From: Selaginella moellendorffii | Lineage: Eukaryota; Plantae; Lycopodiophyta | Reading direction: 5' to 3' | DNA length: 64,000 bases | Assembly: GCF_000143415.4 (NCBI RefSeq) | Contig: NW_003314283.1 | Span: 129,804-193,803, forward strand | Shown: in pieces, positions 63,092 through 64,000 of the stretch | Position numbering within the stretch: position 1 is the first letter of the stretch | Layout: each line of letters begins with the position of its first letter | Notes under the pieces: generated by a model | Databases searched by the model: none | Told to the model about the DNA's origin: nothing | The model's input: the letters and a program-made list of their open reading frames with translations, nothing else | Translations under genes and position numbers: made by a program

Positions 63092-64000
63092 CATTCCCTT
63101 ATTCCAAAAGTTAAATCAGTTTTGCCAAAGTATATGTTTTTAATTGTGAATGTCACTAAGAACTTTTATTTTATTATTGTTGTTAAGGAGTTTATATATT
63201 CCTTTGAGAGTGTGGACTTTTTGTATTTTTCTATCTCAAGTGTTGAGTTATGTGTTAAGGTATGAATCTTTCATTTATCTTGTGGTGGCTAAAGTATTTT
63301 ATAATAAAAAATCCTTTATTTTCTAAGCTTTAAGCATATCCCTCTTTTTCTTTCCCCATTTCCATCTTGATAGGTATTAAAAATTCCTTTATGATTGCTT
63401 CTTTTTTCATTTTTTCTTCTTTCACAATATTTCTTCCTAAATTTTTCTTATTTCTCCTTTTTTCCCTGACACTTTAAAATTTTTTTTCTTCAGGAGAAGA
63501 GGTAGAGGGAACAAATAAAAGTTTAGTCTTAATGATGGAGTGAAAACAAAGGGATATAGTAGTGGAGCGAGAACAAATAATATAAATTATAAAGTAAGGA
63601 TGAACATAGTGAGTTTGAACAAAATATTTGGCCTTAATATTGTGAGGCTAAATAGATACAATAGTGTAGTGAGGTTAAATATAATTGGTAGAGTGAAGGT
63701 AAACATAAAAAATTTAAATAGAATGAATGTTTCAATTTTTTTTTTCCTTTGAAGAGGGAATAAGGAGGATATGAAAGATGAATGAAGTGAGTCCAACTTC
63801 CCATATGTAATGTTGGACAAAAATCAAGATTATGAGTTCAAGTTAGCGTGAGTTTTAAAACTTGACCAAAGTGAAGATAAAAAGGTAAGTTCTACTAATA
63901 ATCATGACTCTAAGTTAATAGTGGTCTTGAAGGATGGCCGGTGAGCAAACTTAGAGATAGAATGTATTATTTACTGCAATAATACTTTGTGAATTGAAGT

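Overview
Plant nuclear DNA with spliceosomal introns. A seed-free vascular plant is a tentative inference from Cassandra-like TRIMs and a Tat-like pol with an extra RNase H before RT. 1-33 kb is a nest of LTR retroelements: two complete non-coding (LARD-like) elements of one family with 5-bp TSDs, a chimeric third copy enclosing an antisense Tat-like gag-pol, LTRs of a second family, and decayed gypsy remnants. The key feature is a 13.7-kb TIR DNA transposon (34474-48213; 24-bp TIRs, 4-bp TSD AAGG; an empty-site paralogue lies at ~62.7 kb). It carries a Sola-like DDE transposase on the minus strand and a divergent 10-exon, ~1640-codon gene. That gene appears to join a ParB/Srx-like domain, a degenerate N6/N4-methyltransferase-like region, acidic linkers and an FCP1/NIF-type HAD phosphatase. 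About 25 copies of a 22-bp palindrome (ATGGCRTGWGGCCWCAYGCCAT) are scattered through this element only, many inside very short introns. This suggests a ParB/parS-like self-recognition or anti-silencing module in a eukaryotic transposon (hypothesis). The right part holds AT-rich DNA, 5S-derived Cassandra-like TRIMs, a GNA-type lectin ORF, an intact 6-exon YebC/TACO1-family gene and gene fragments. All domain calls come from motifs read by eye, without database searches.
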